From Bigelowiella natans CCMP2755 (Eukaryota; Protista; Cercozoa), in NCBI GenBank assembly GCA_000320545.1, contig ADNK01001460.1, positions 1-53,561 of the forward strand: a stretch of DNA of 53,561 nt, given 5' to 3'. Made by a program: the position numbers and the translations under genes. Every line of letters starts with the position of its first letter. Positions within the stretch are counted from its first letter, which is position 1. Below the pieces are notes generated by a model. It made no database searches, was not told the origin of the DNA, and saw nothing but the letters and a program-made list of their open reading frames with translations. Of the stretch, positions 26,621 through 39,469 are shown piece after piece.

Positions 26621-27037
26621 ACCGATTTCTACACACGTGGTTGGAGGAGGGGTTGGGGGAGGGTTCGCCAGCCTCATTCGGAAGGAAATGAAGATGCCTT
26701 TCAGTTACATAAAAGAGGGAGAAGCAGTATCAATAACACAATAGAATTTTCATCTGCGACAACACCCAGAAGTTGTCGCGCTTGGAAATACCATACTGAC
26801 ACAATGATCAGGCCTGGAATCCACGCGAATAGGATGTCTTCCCGATAAAATCTAATCGAGCATAGTGACTCGCGCGTTCTCGGTGGCATGGACAGCGAGG
26901 GCACTTTGGTGGGATCTCAAAAATTAGGATAGTGTGCCCATGAAAAATGGTCTAATATGCAAATCTTGATACTCACCTGGACCTTAGGGCTTCTCCCATC
27001 CGCTCAGCTCAGCTCAGCTCACACCGTTGCTTTCACG

Positions 27038-27715
27038 ATGGAGGGGGGAGGGGCTGAGACTAATGCTCCTGGGGCCATTGAAAATGAGGAGGATCCTAAT
27101 TTCTCAGCAGGAGGGGAGATGCTCAATTCCATGAAGGATCTCTTGGATGACAAAAGTGTGAACGTGCCCCCCATGGAGCACTTCATGCTGAAGGAGAAAT
27201 ACCTCAAGCTGCGCGAGGTCTTCGTTCGCATGATGCTGTGTGCGGTTGTTTCCATGAACGTATTGCGTTCGCACCAAAGCTGTTTGTATCGATGGCCGGA
27301 TCGATTGAATAATGGTGGCGCTTCCCTCCAAGCCAATGTTGAACTCACACTCACTGTTGCTGCAAACAATCCATGTCAGAAATACGTGAAGCTTCAAGCG
27401 CAACTGGGAACCGTCGGTGAGCTCCGGGCAGGTAGACGCCGCCCTTGCGATGCTTATCTGAATTTTACCTTTCTTTTAGTCATCAGAAGCTGTCGTTTGT
27501 TGTTGTTTTCGGAGCACTAACATGGCACTTCATGAACCTTCATCTTCTTCTATCTCCATTAGAGCTTAAAGTAAAGGATTTGAGGATACAAGAGCTCGAA
27601 GGACGGGTGACCGAGCTAGAAAACCTGCTTCGTAGGCGCGACCGGGAACTACAAGGCAAGGCGCATGCATGGAGAAGACACATGCGCAAAAGCAGCATCT
27701 CAGAGCGGATACACA

Positions 27716-27794
<79 letters not shown>

Positions 27795-28250
27795 GCAGCT
27801 TTAGACGCTAACGAAGTATGACGCTATGCTGGAAACGAATGTGTTACAAAAAAACTCATACGCTACACATTATTGCCTATGTATGGCATGTGTGCGCGAG
27901 GCCATATTTGTGTGTGTGTCTGTCTGCGTGCTATATGTGTGTGCATACGCCGCGTACCATTGCTTAACACGTCGCATGCTATGATACGTACAAGACCATC
28001 ACACAACGCTGTATGCATGTAGACACATATGTAGGCAGATGTGTCATTCATCAATGACATGACAGATACGTGAAGTAATGCATGAACGATGTATGCCCTA
28101 CTACATGAATTTTTGAAACTCAAACTTGCTTCGTCGAAGTATTTTGAAATGGCGCGGCCTGATGATGTCCGACCAGAGATGATGTCCGTTGATCAACGTG
28201 CGAATCCAGGATCGGGCCTTCACTGTACTTGGCACCAGTGTTGATCCGTT
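27038..28250 (+). CDS. Small coiled-coil hypothetical protein, 3' end uncertain
   Basis: ATG 27038 MEGGGAETNAPG...KEKYLKLRE | KYVKLQAQLGTVGELRA | ELKVKDLRIQELEGRVTELENLLRRRDRELQ; heptad pattern. Confidence 0.5.
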
Positions 28251-28568
28251 GTTTCCGATCTTCCCAGCAAATCGCAGTGAGCAGCTTTTGTGTGGGGGAT
28301 CCCGGCTGGCCACTGGAGATCAGATTGGGGAAGGTTGGGAACCCCGGCTGATGCTGCGGCCGTTGAAGTAATTCGCATCTCCCCGCGTCTCGTAGCGTGT
28401 CTAGGGCTCATTGTCGCTATTTCTAGGGTACAGACATATTACCCTCTTTCCTACTGTGTCACAACCGATCGTTCGGATTATTTCCCCAAGTGTTGCTAAG
28501 ATTTATCCACCACAGCCGATAAACAGATTTCATCTTTTGCTGCATCATGAAGTTCCATTTTTGACACA

Positions 28569-29180
28569 TCATCTGCGACGCCCTCGCCTTCTACTTCTTC
28601 GACCTCCACCACCGGATTTTTTTTTAGATTTCTTTTGTACAGCGAGCGTAACCTTATCAATGCAATGCTCGAAGACAAACTTGCTTCCTTTCTTCACGGT
28701 GGCTTGCAAGATCGAGAGGACGACGACCTTCCCATCGTTGTCTTCTACCTCTTTCCGTTCATCATCACTGTCCTGTGGCCCATAAAGCTCTTGGTACTTC
28801 TCCACTGCCTCATCGTGGTTCTTAGCGCCTTCAATGTAGTCGAGAACGACCTTCTCACCATCCTCATCGACGGTGACAAACTCGTTGACAGTCTCCATCA
28901 TGTTCTCATCCATATCAGTGTTTAGACTCGTCACAATGAGGTCGTATTTGTGGACCTCAGGTACCTCGATCCTATCTTTGCCGGGACAGATTAACGAGTA
29001 TTTCTTGTCCGTTAGCATGTCCTGAGCCGTGAAGTTGCACTTCACTGCTCCGTGCTTGCCCGGTGCGGAGGAGTCCACCTTCTTGCACACGCACGGACGA
29101 CCTTTTACCATGAACTTTGCTCGAAGTCTGACACGGGTCGCCTCGATTCGATCCAGCCCTTCCAAGTGTTGTCTTTCCAT
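28569..29180 (-). CDS. Divergent eIF5A-like protein, intronless, ~203 aa
   Basis: FMVKGRPCVCKKVDSSAPGKHGAVKCNFTAQDMLTDKKYSLICPGKDRIEVPEV aligns with eIF5A ([49 protein letters not shown]). Probable ATG at 29180. Confidence 0.85.
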   Translation of the reverse strand: MERQHLEGLDRIEATRVRLRAKFMVKGRPCVCKKVDSSAPGKHGAVKCNFTAQDMLTDKKYSLICPGKDRIEVPEVHKYDLIVTSLNTDMDENMMETVNEFVTVDEDGEKVVLDYIEGAKNHDEAVEKYQELYGPQDSDDERKEVEDNDGKVVVLSILQATVKKGSKFVFEHCIDKVTLAVQKKSKKKSGGGGRRSRRRGRRR

Positions 29181-30099
29181 TGCTGCTAATGAGTTCTGTA
29201 CGCAATGGTGTTCAAATGAGTTCTGTACGACCCAAAATGCCTCTGCCCGATTTAGAAGACCGGGCGCAGAGAGCGAAAATGGCATCACCGCTCATCATTA
29301 ATGAATAACAGGCCGTTTTTGATAAAATGCAGGAGTGTGACATGCGTTTCATCAGAATTTCCCCGCCTCCGAAAAGGCCTTTATAGAGTGTTCCGTCAAC
29401 GACCGATCCGTTGGCCGAAATCTCATGCATTTCTTCAAGTGCTCCAATCCAACGGAAGTTTCCCCGTTCCTGCCCAGAGAGTTCCAACCACTTCTTTCAT
29501 TGTTCTCTGCATCTTCTGGGTACTCGTCTACGTCTACAAAATACAACTAATTTCCTTTCTGCGACAAGGGCATTAGGAGGGATATCTGAGCGTTGACAAA
29601 AATATATAACATTGAAAGTCCATGGGCTTATCTAGTGTGCGACAACCAATATTTTCCCTGTGTGACGCCGTTTTAGGAGACCTTAGAAACGCGTGGGTCA
29701 GATCTGCCAAATCGTTGCATTTATGAGGATGTTTGGAAGGCCTTTTTTTCCATATTTGAACATGGTATCTTTTTTTAGTGCAATAACATAGTCCATTTTG
29801 CGATTTTGGTGCATCATTGCGCACCTCTATATCTGATTTAGTCTGAAATACGAAACTGAACAAACGTTTCAGGGTGGGTTCAACGTCGTTTCCCCCCCCT
29901 TCTACACCCACTCTATTGTTCGCCTTGTGAATGCCAGATGACATTATTGTAACAACTTTTTAATTCGGAAACGAAGGAAGAAACTCTGTATCGTTTTTAT
30001 TCTTTTAACCCAAGTTGAGTCTCCACTTTCGATTGGGATGCAGTCTTCGGGTTAAGATGCAGTTGTTTATATATTGTTTTTGGTGGAATTAGACGAGCA

Positions 30100-32146
30100 A
30101 TGTACAAAACTAGACCGGAGCTGAACGCCCAGGATCGCGAGAAATTGCGCGTCGAGCGCTTAAAGGCGAGAAATGAAGATCGAGCAAAGAGGCTTCTGAA
30201 TGCGAAGCTACGAATCTATGGGGTAGAGAAGCTTATTTTATTTCTAGGAAGAATAGGAGATGGAGAGGCATAGCGGAACGAAATTAAAATCGATGTTGTA
30301 TACAAAATTATACAAATATTAACGAAATACCATCGTGTAGTAAAGATCAGAACAACTCCCATTTTTACAGAGGGACAATGAAGCTCTGCGGGAGCAGATG
30401 TACGAAAAAGCTCAACAAAAGCGTATGGAACGGGATCGTGATCTTGCTCTCGGTAGCTTCCCTTAACTAATTTTTAAATGAGAAGAGATTAACATCGGAA
30501 GAATAATTTGTGAGAATACTTTTATGCGCCCGATATGCTAGATGCTAAGAGGGTTGAAGAGGCAAAGACTCTCGCAGTCCTGGAGAAAGAGCAGAAGGAC
30601 CAGCGCAAAATGGATGCATACCAGGTGTTGCTAACTAGTGTTAAAATTTTCCAGTTTCTGGTCTTTATTGGAAAAACGGGCCTAAAATACAACACCGGAC
30701 GCACCCAATATGCACGCACGCACAGAAACACACAAACACACACACACACACACACACATGAATTTCCTACTACTTTTTTGCAGCTTGCCGCCTTTCACCG
30801 AGAGCAGAAGAAACTCAAGGAAATGCGTGACGCTGAGGAAAGAGACTTTATCCGTGGTGATGGGGGCCCTGCTGTCCGTAACCAAGACACTCTTTTCCTC
30901 CAATTTCATGGAGAAGACATGGGCAAGAACGACCGTGTTAAGATGCAAAGGGAACAACAAAAACAATGGATCATTCAGCAAATGATGGAAAAAGAGCAAG
31001 GTATGAACAAGGGCATGTCACCACAAAAACACCGAGTTACAAGCATATCGACCGGGATAAAAGAAATGTTGATGAACACAAACACATCGGATCTTGCTCT
31101 ACACAATTTCTATTCTTGAAATCATCACGATTATAATTTCACTACAGCAAGGAAAAATGAGACTGAAATGGACAAACGTTACGAGACTTTCACGGGCGCT
31201 GTTGGTGGTATTTGCGAGGAAGCTGAGCGCGATAAGAGCCATGATAAGGTTCAGCGAGCGATCGAGTGCCAGGAGTACAATAGGAAGCTCGCACTTGCCA
31301 AAAAAGCCAAGATGAGGCAACGAAAATATGAGGATGAGAAACTAGCTGAAGCTCAGAAAGAATCTATATCCAAGTCAGACACTTAATGAAACTCACACGC
31401 GTCTTTAGAAAGAAAGAAGATATTTGTGTAAAATATGGCACAGTATTTTGTTGAGAAAGCATTTTTATCGATCTTTTCTTACTTCTATTTTATTCCATCA
31501 GCTCCAAGCTATTGAAAGAGGATCTAAGTGACACATACATGACGGGCAATCCGAATCGCCGCGTTCCTTACAACTTTAAGGGCTTCTCTCCTGAAGAGAA
31601 GCAGAGGATACTCGATCAACAGATGCGTCAGATTAAAGAGAAGGAGGAGCGGGCGAACAAGCAACTAGAAGAAAAATTCGAGTATGATAGGCAGCAGGAG
31701 ATGTACAGGCGGCAGCTCGTGCTCCTCGAAAGAGAAAAGTAATAATTTGATTAAGAAATATTGTTTTAACTTCATAATAGTAGAATAGAAGTCCTTTGAA
31801 TATAACTCTCTCTCTCTCTCTCTCTCTCTCTTCCTTTCTCTCTCCCTCTCCCTTCATTAGCCGCAACATGCACATACACATGTGCACACGAAAACTTTGT
31901 TTTGTAACATCCTGACTATTTTTTGCGTTATCTCTGGAAATTGTGCTAACCTCAAATATCTCAATGTTCCTCAGGATAGCGGAACAGCAAAAAGAGGCCC
32001 AGAGACTTGCGGCATTCCACCAATCACAGAAACTAGAGAGGAACATCCAAAAGCGCAATCTTACACAGGAGGTGTACCAAAATGCTGTTTCCCCGGATTT
32101 CTACAATAGATTCGCCGAAATCAACGTACAGAATCAAAGGCCATGA
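30100..32146 (+). CDS. RIB43A: RIB43A-like flagellar microtubule inner protein (RIBC family)
   Basis: Exons give RLLNAKLRIYG..DNEALREQMYEK, FLQFHGEDM, NPNRRVPYNFKGFSPEE and YQNAVSPDFYNRF, which are RIB43A-type motifs. Coiled-coil throughout. Confidence 0.85.
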
Positions 32147-33014
32147 AGACACTCATTCAGCAAAGCAGAGAGTACATCCCGCATCCATTGTGCCAAATTG
32201 CCATCATCTAGGTTTGAATAATGCAAATTACACTATTTATCATTGCGCACAAATGTGATTACGCACGAGGAATAAACTAACAAGTAACAGGATGAAAAAA
32301 TATTTGACCCCGCTGCCTGTAGCACATGCATGCGTGTACGCTTCGATTTCCTATTGTGCCCGCCGCCATGCTAGCATTATGAGCGACCCTGACAGCGATG
32401 CACAATTAAGATGTGACATGCACCAATGTGATCTAGCGATGCACAATGTGCAAGGCACACTTTGTGCGTGCGTGCGTGCACGACAGTCATCACAGCATGA
32501 ACACACCTTCTACATGCACACAGACTAGCAGATTGGCATGTGCGCGATGCAGATGCTTTCTTTCTCAAGAGCATGCGCTTCTCATTAGTCTCCGCTAGTC
32601 CGCTATTACGCTGACCCGGCCCCTCCACCCTTCATTCAGTCAAAGGGAACGTCTCTTGTTAGTTTTCAACCAAAGTGCTCGCCATCGGTTGATTTTTCTT
32701 TCTCTCCTCGTGCGTTCGTTCGCAAACATCGATGCGCACTCCCAGGCATGTCTAGATGTGTGCTGATTGATGATGTGCGTGCGCAGTGCGCAGGGCATTG
32801 CTTGCACACGCCGGTTGCATGAAGCATGCATGGCTGCATGCAACTTGCTTTGCTCACGAGACGTTGCGACTGACAGCGTCATTGTGCTCTAGTGCTGTTT
32901 TCATTGACGCCATATGTTGCGTAGCATCTCAGCATCCCACATTGTGCTACAGCGAAAACGTGTACAAAACACGAACAAACCCATCACTACGTACATGCCC
33001 TGTGCGAATTGGGA

Positions 33015-36000
33015 CTATAATCCAATCATGGACGTAGAGAAGGTCGTTTCTGGAAGCAACCAACACGGCCGTGAAAACTTCTGTTCACATTGTGTGGTGG
33101 AAGGGAAATTTGTGACTAATCATTGACCCAGCACGTGATACATGTAAATTGGTATAACCATAATTGTGGTAGGAATCTCGCCTTTCCCACTGCTTTTTTT
33201 TTCATCCTGCAGCCGTTTCTTACGAATCTTTAATTGGTCAAGGACCTGTAGTTTGTTACATTAAGTAAAATTTAAATCTCAATCGACGCAGCTACAGGTT
33301 TGACATGATAGTTCTGCTCCTTTCCAAATACCTGCGGGAAATCTCTGAAAGTGCCGTCTTCAATCACACGATCAATGTGGTGAGCGACCTGAGCGGAATG
33401 TATGACTTTAGATGATATTCCTGATTTATTATCGGTACGAGTTCCGTACGCACGTGTTCATCATCACAGGGCATTTTAAAATCGATCGATCTATGATACC
33501 TTTAAAAGCTCGTGATATTTTTTTTTCGTTGGATCGTGCTGATACGCCTGAAATAGAATCTCATATTCGTAAAATGCAAGAATCTTTAGTTGACAAGATA
33601 CCTTTCTCATAACGGTAGTTGCCACTCGCTTTAACAATCGATAAATTTCGTCAGCAACACGTATGCTTTCACGTTTCTATCATTTCGTTGAATAATATGG
33701 TTCTCATTAGATATTTACAAGATGGGCGCTCGAAACTTACGCGAGTCGCTTCGTCAATTCCCTCTGTCATAGAGCCTAATGAAAAAATGATGCTACTTTA
33801 AAAAAAACATAGTTGCAAGTAAAAATTAAAAATCTATGCAAACCACTTGTCTCAATCTGGCCCTTAAGTAATTCCAGATCTCTAGCTATCATTTCAAGTC
33901 CTTTACGGTGAAGCCTCAAGGCTTTTTCTTCATCATTTCGCCTAAGAATGCAATATACTGGTAATGCTGATGAGAGAATTAAACTCATGTTGCCTTGCTC
34001 TTGCTCTTCGCTCCTTTTCTTGCCGCCTTGCAAGTTCAAGAATACCCAAGAACTCTATCTGCAATTGCCTATACCTTCCTTGGATATAAAAGCTTTAAAG
34101 ATAATTGAACGAGAAGGACAAACTATATTGAAAATCAATTACCTTTTTGGAATTTTCGTTTTGTTTCTTTGGGAATTCTATAGCCTTGCGACTCAATTAT
34201 GTTAAGATATCTATGCAAAGAGAGTGTATCGTTTATTCCAACAAAACACATTGACATTGACAACCTTTTCCCCTCTTCTTTCTCAGAATCGAAGTTTTGC
34301 AGCACGAGGCTACACATTAGTTGTAGGACCTTCGAACAAATATTTCATTTGAAGTTCAACTTCTCATGGCATGGTATCATCGCAAATTTACATGAAGAAG
34401 TCCACCATACTCCTTCTTCTTCTTCAAAGCCATCCTATAATGATGAGAATGCCAGCTATTTGATAGCATTGAATAACCTGAAAACGTTTGGACCTTTCCT
34501 TTTCTGCAGTCGCCTTTTAAATTATTTAATAACTGATGAATTACAGCAAGCGAGTAATGTATAAATGTAGGAATGTACCCCGAAAATAGCTTCGAGAATA
34601 AATTTATTCATATATCTAGTTTCATAATAACAAGTATATCACATCTCACTACATCACTACATAGAAATAATATCAAATCTTGCCTTTTTTTCCTCTCTAA
34701 TTTCAGTTTGAATTTTCCTTCTTTCAGTCCATAATCATAAACATTCTTTTAGAATGGCAGAAAAAAAGAGAAAACTTATCTTTACGCAAGATTGTATCAC
34801 GACTAAAGTAAGGCAGTGACCAGAGGTGGTGGTCTAGGCTTTCGATGCAACGATGAAGGTACCAACTGTGTTTCCTGAGGCTAAGACGGCATAATTTACA
34901 CTACTGGTTGCATTGATTTGATGATGTCTTCCAACTAGACACTTGGGATACTACCGGAGCATGTTTTGCATATTTTGACTGTAACAGTGGACTGGATGCA
35001 CCAAAGCTATGGGGTAATACGCACATAAGATTGGTTCACAACAGCTTTATTGGATTATACACCTTTTCACATCAGCCGTCCTTCTTTCTTCCTCGTACTT
35101 CTGCTTTCCTCTTGGCAGTAAACAAAATAATTAATATTTGAAGCTCGATATCTGTAAAATCCAAGAATTCCTATCTATGATCCTGATGAAAGTTCTCACT
35201 TTTTGATGACAGCCAGTAACGTATTTTTATTCGTTCCTCGAAATGACTTTGCAAACTGAAAATTGTTCATAGCATAGCAGCATAGCAAAGAATGTGTTTA
35301 ATTTCAGTGTTTTTGTTAATTCACATCGTTCACCATATAGATGCTTACACTTGATAACTCCATCTCCTGTATATTTTCCTGATTATCATTCCTGTGGCCG
35401 ACAACAGCGCCTGCAGAGGTGTGAACGTAATACAAACTTACTGATAACTTGACATGCCCTTTGTACCTTGGGAAGCTAGATATTCCAACACGTTTTCCCA
35501 TCCATAGTAATAGGCCAACATCAGTGGAGAATCTACGTAACAGTCAGTCCTGTAAGGAATTAAAATTGTAATTCCAGTGGGTAAACATAATACTTCTGTT
35601 GTAGTTTCTTGCTTCAATGCCTATTTGGAAAAATTCAACCAATAGCCGCACCTTTGAATGATTAGATAGTAACATGGAGCGGTACACATCAGCATCATTC
35701 CGTAAGATAGAAATTGACAAGCAAATATTTGATGGTATTTATCAAGTAAATTTAATTTCTCCTAACCATATCTAAGTGTCCCCCAAGCGATGCAAGATGG
35801 AGAGCAGAGTTTGACTTCTTGTCTCTAAGGTACTTATGAACAACACATTACATGAAGATAACTATAATGCGGTATAAAGTATCAGGCTTTCAAAGTTTTC
35901 GGAAATGTAACATAGCACTTTTCAACCTCTAATTTCTCTCCCGTGTCTTCAAAACAAAGATAATAGAGAACATGGGTGTGCCCGTACACGGATGCACATA

Positions 36001-37029
36001 ACCTGATGCTTACTGTTAGTCATTCAAGCATATTTATCTGAGATAAGCTCTTTTACCTTGCATCCCATCCCTCGTTGTTTTTCTGAATTTAGCAAAAATT
36101 AAGAACGTATGAAAGAAGTCAGAGGTAGATCAACCAAGTGTATTGAAGCTCCTCCGTGTTTTTTTCGCATACTTTCGTGCAACAGAGAGACCACGCTCAA
36201 CCATCCTGCAAGTAAATAAACCCAATTAGTCTCTCATTTGGAGTCCATTTTGAGTTGGCACTTGCCTTCGGAAGCAGCAGCACAAAGGGCAGTATTACTG
36301 CAGTTCAAAACGCTCAATCATTTGTTCAGAAAATGTTCAAAAGTTTCATTTATTTGGTTTACCCCTGGAAGTCCTGAAGAGAGACGTCAGCGTGATAAAT
36401 TGCTCCGGCCCTTTTCTCATGATTGTGCTTCACACTATCGTCCTCTTCCAGAAGAATCTTTAAATTCAATTTTGATTATGCCATAAGAAAATCTAAAGGA
36501 CAACTTGTCTACAAATGACCTGCACAAATTCATAGCATCCGAGCCTTGCAGCTCGAATCCTACAACATTGGTGTACTAAATCGGTTGTGCTAACGTGACC
36601 GAAACTATATTAGAGTTTGATCAAATATTTACAATGGCGTTTCCCCTGTCTGTGTGTCCCGCCAATTTGCATTAGCCTTGTTCAACAGATCCTTATGTGT
36701 GTGTGAAAGGAACTATATTGGAAATTCCCGTGTGAAATTTAAGAATGGTTTGTAATGCCTTAAATTCGATATCATCGACAAAGCGCTTGAATTCTTGATT
36801 GTCATCTTCAAGATTAGATAATCCATCTACATTGCAATTTACACATGTCATCCATGCACAACCCCGATCAACTACGGTAACCTTTTGAAATAATTTTGAA
36901 GAACTTTTTCCCGTTGGCTTCGAATTCATCTTCCAGCTGAGTTTTTAAACATTTTACACTGGGAGAACATTATCAAGAGTGTGCTAGTTTCACCTTAGAG
37001 GAAGCCCTCAGGAGAGACTTTGTTGCCAT
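33015..37029 (-). CDS. Ankyrin-repeat protein with many short introns; 3' end approximate
   Basis: MATKSLLRASSK | LEDEFEANGKK... | ANANWRDTQTGETPL | IRAARLGCYEFVQ | ADVSLQDFQG | NTALCAAASEGWLSVVSLL | ASVYGHTHVLYYL | DKKSNSALHLASLGGHLDM | SPLMLAYYYGWENVLEYL. Confidence 0.8.
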
Positions 37030-37253
37030 TATTTTCTCAATGGAGTTTCGCTGTTTGCTTTTAACATTTGTGTTCTCAGAATGTCTTCCAGCACAAACCC
37101 ATGCGATTTGACGTTAAATGATAGTACTATGTGGATCCAATGTCGCAACAACAAAATTCCCGGCCAACACAGAGAACACTTTTAGGTAAAAAGGCAAGGA
37201 AACCATCCAATGGTTTGTTGCCCAGTTTTTTATGGCTTGGTAGACGCTCATTA

Positions 37254-38790
37254 GTGTCACCAGAATCACTGGTGGGCGGAAGAAAAAATGCAAGCTGGAC
37301 AAAATTTGATTGTTTCTCAAGAATCATTGCTGTTCCACGTCGCTTTGAACTTTGGAACTTCTTTGTGCATCAAAGGGAAGGAGAATCTTCCAAAGAAATC
37401 TGTGATTGAGGCATGCCAGCATGTCTGTGCCACCATCCTTGTCACCATTGAATTGCCTCATCGTGCCGAACGTTTGCGATGTGTGTCGTCAACGTGACAG
37501 CACGTGCAGTGTGCGACGTGATTGTGCGTGCACGCACCACGTGTTCCAGCGTTGTGCCAGGTCTGTCGTTGCGTGCGACAGGCACCAGCACGCAGCAACG
37601 TCGTTGCACGCATCACCATCAGTTGTGCCACGCACACACACGTGCACTGCGTGCACACAACAACGCTGATGTGCGAACGATGGTCCTCACAAAGTCAAAA
37701 CGCACACAGAGGAGAACGTGCACCGAGCAATGCTGCGTGGTTCACTGTCGTGCCAGCGTGCTGCGTGCCCACCTGCGTCTGCCAGTCTGGCTAACAGGGT
37801 GTGTGTCACCCTGGCTCGCACAAGCCAGCAAGCTGCCAAGGTTGCATGTTGCGAGATCAGCGTCGTGAAGCTTTCGTTGAGGACGTGTGCTGAACTCGTG
37901 TGCGCGTGCACGAGTGACAAGTGCCTGCGTGCTAGCGTGGTCGTGCACCCCGCGTGCACGCCTTTGTGAGTTGTGTGGCGGTGAGACAAACTGGCAAGAC
38001 AACATCCACGCCTCACTTGATCACGCAATGTGTGAACAGCTGGATGCACAATCACATCAATGCTTCCAATCGACCCTTTTGTTCGTTCCATTGCAATCGC
38101 GCTCCTCGATGCGATGTTTCCTTGATTGATGACGACACAGACCGATTGCTGAAAACAGACACTCGCGCAAGAACCACACGTCCTGACGTGCGCGGAAAAC
38201 ACGAGCATCATCATGCAGCAGCATCCACAAACAAGTGTTTGAAAAAACACATTGCGAGGACTTGTTGTAAGGATCCCTCGCGTGTGCGCACGACAGAGCT
38301 CACAACAGTGTCAGCGAGCACGCAAATCACTGCCTTGTTCATCGTGACAAGTGGAAAAGAGCGAAGTTTCTTGCACAGCAGAACCTGGAGATTCTCAGTG
38401 CTCACAACTGTTTGTTGTTTGCTGACAAGCTGGCACGTACAACGTCCAACTAGCTGCACTGGTCGGTGTCTCCACCCATCGGGCTCGTGGACAGCACCAG
38501 AGCAGCAGAACGTTGAACGTTGAACACTCAGAACCATGGATCAATGGAGCGATTGAAAGGATCATGAGTTCCATGAATGTGGTGCAGCTGAAAATGGAAA
38601 GAAAGAATTGGTTTCGCCGTTGGAGCAGTTGAAAGGATCCACAGGACCGTGGACAGGCTGACTCCGTGTCCTCCCCAAACAACCAACTGGAACGCCAAGA
38701 AATGAATCATGGGACACGCTGACTCATCCGTGTCCTCCATTAAACCTTGAATGAATGAATGAACAATGAACAATGAACAATGAATAAAGC
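37254..38790. mobile_element. Degenerate TpA-purged island 2, probable relic of a TE or virus, between divergent genes
   Basis: 5 TA in 37254-38740 by hand count. Extreme TG/CA content while CG is retained. Many overlapping Cys/His-rich, nearly Tyr-free ORFs. Confidence 0.6.
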
Positions 38791-39469
38791 GTTGATCAAA
38801 TCTACATGCAGATGAATTGGTTCCAAGAGGGGATCAAGTCTGCAAGGATCATCGGAGTGTGCTGACCTGTGCCATCTGCTCCCACCCCAGGAAGAAGATT
38901 GAACATTGAACTTCGCATTGTTGCAAAAACTACGAGATGACACTGGGATTTTTCCAAACTTACAAAAAATGTAGGACATTTTTGCCAAAAAAAGAGTCGC
39001 GTTTCATGGGGTGTTGGTGTTCATCCTGGATGCCGAAACATCACAGCCCAAGAGCTTGATGTTATTCATCCTTGCGACATTGAATTAATGCTTGTCACAT
39101 TGGGAAAACGGCCGATTCTAAGCTTGCTAACAGCTGCTTGATGTATGATGCCCACACGTGGATTCGCCTTCCGCAGTGTACCGCGGTTGTAACCGCCACA
39201 GGGAGACGGAACACTTGATGGCTCACTCTTGATAATAAAATTATTATTGAAGTGGACGCGGGGCTGTGCGTAGTCTGTATTGAAATCAGCTAATTGGTTG
39301 CTCCCCCCTACCACAGCAGGTGGTGGCAGGTATGTTTCCTATTCAGCTTAGATGCGGTTGTGTGGATAAGAAAATTCAACATTTAATTTAGAGTTGAAAC
39401 CTTTTTAGAAAGAAATAATCATATAGACATTTCCCCCATCATTCCCAATCTCTCCATCAGGTTCAAGAG

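Noticed and set aside
29212-29944. Possible small minus-strand gene upstream of the eIF5A-like gene
   Set aside because: Short ORFs with no recognisable motif or consistent splice model.
37406-38682. Cys/His-rich ORFs as real zinc-binding proteins
   Set aside because: Loss of TAA/TAG stops opens several frames on both strands; the composition follows from TA loss.
37254-38740. CpG methylation decay or classical RIP as the cause of the TG/CA excess
   Set aside because: CG remains plentiful and TA is lost; RIP would increase TA.
39066-39314. 82-aa minus-strand ORF next to island 2
   Set aside because: Non-ATG start and no recognisable motif; probably promoter region.
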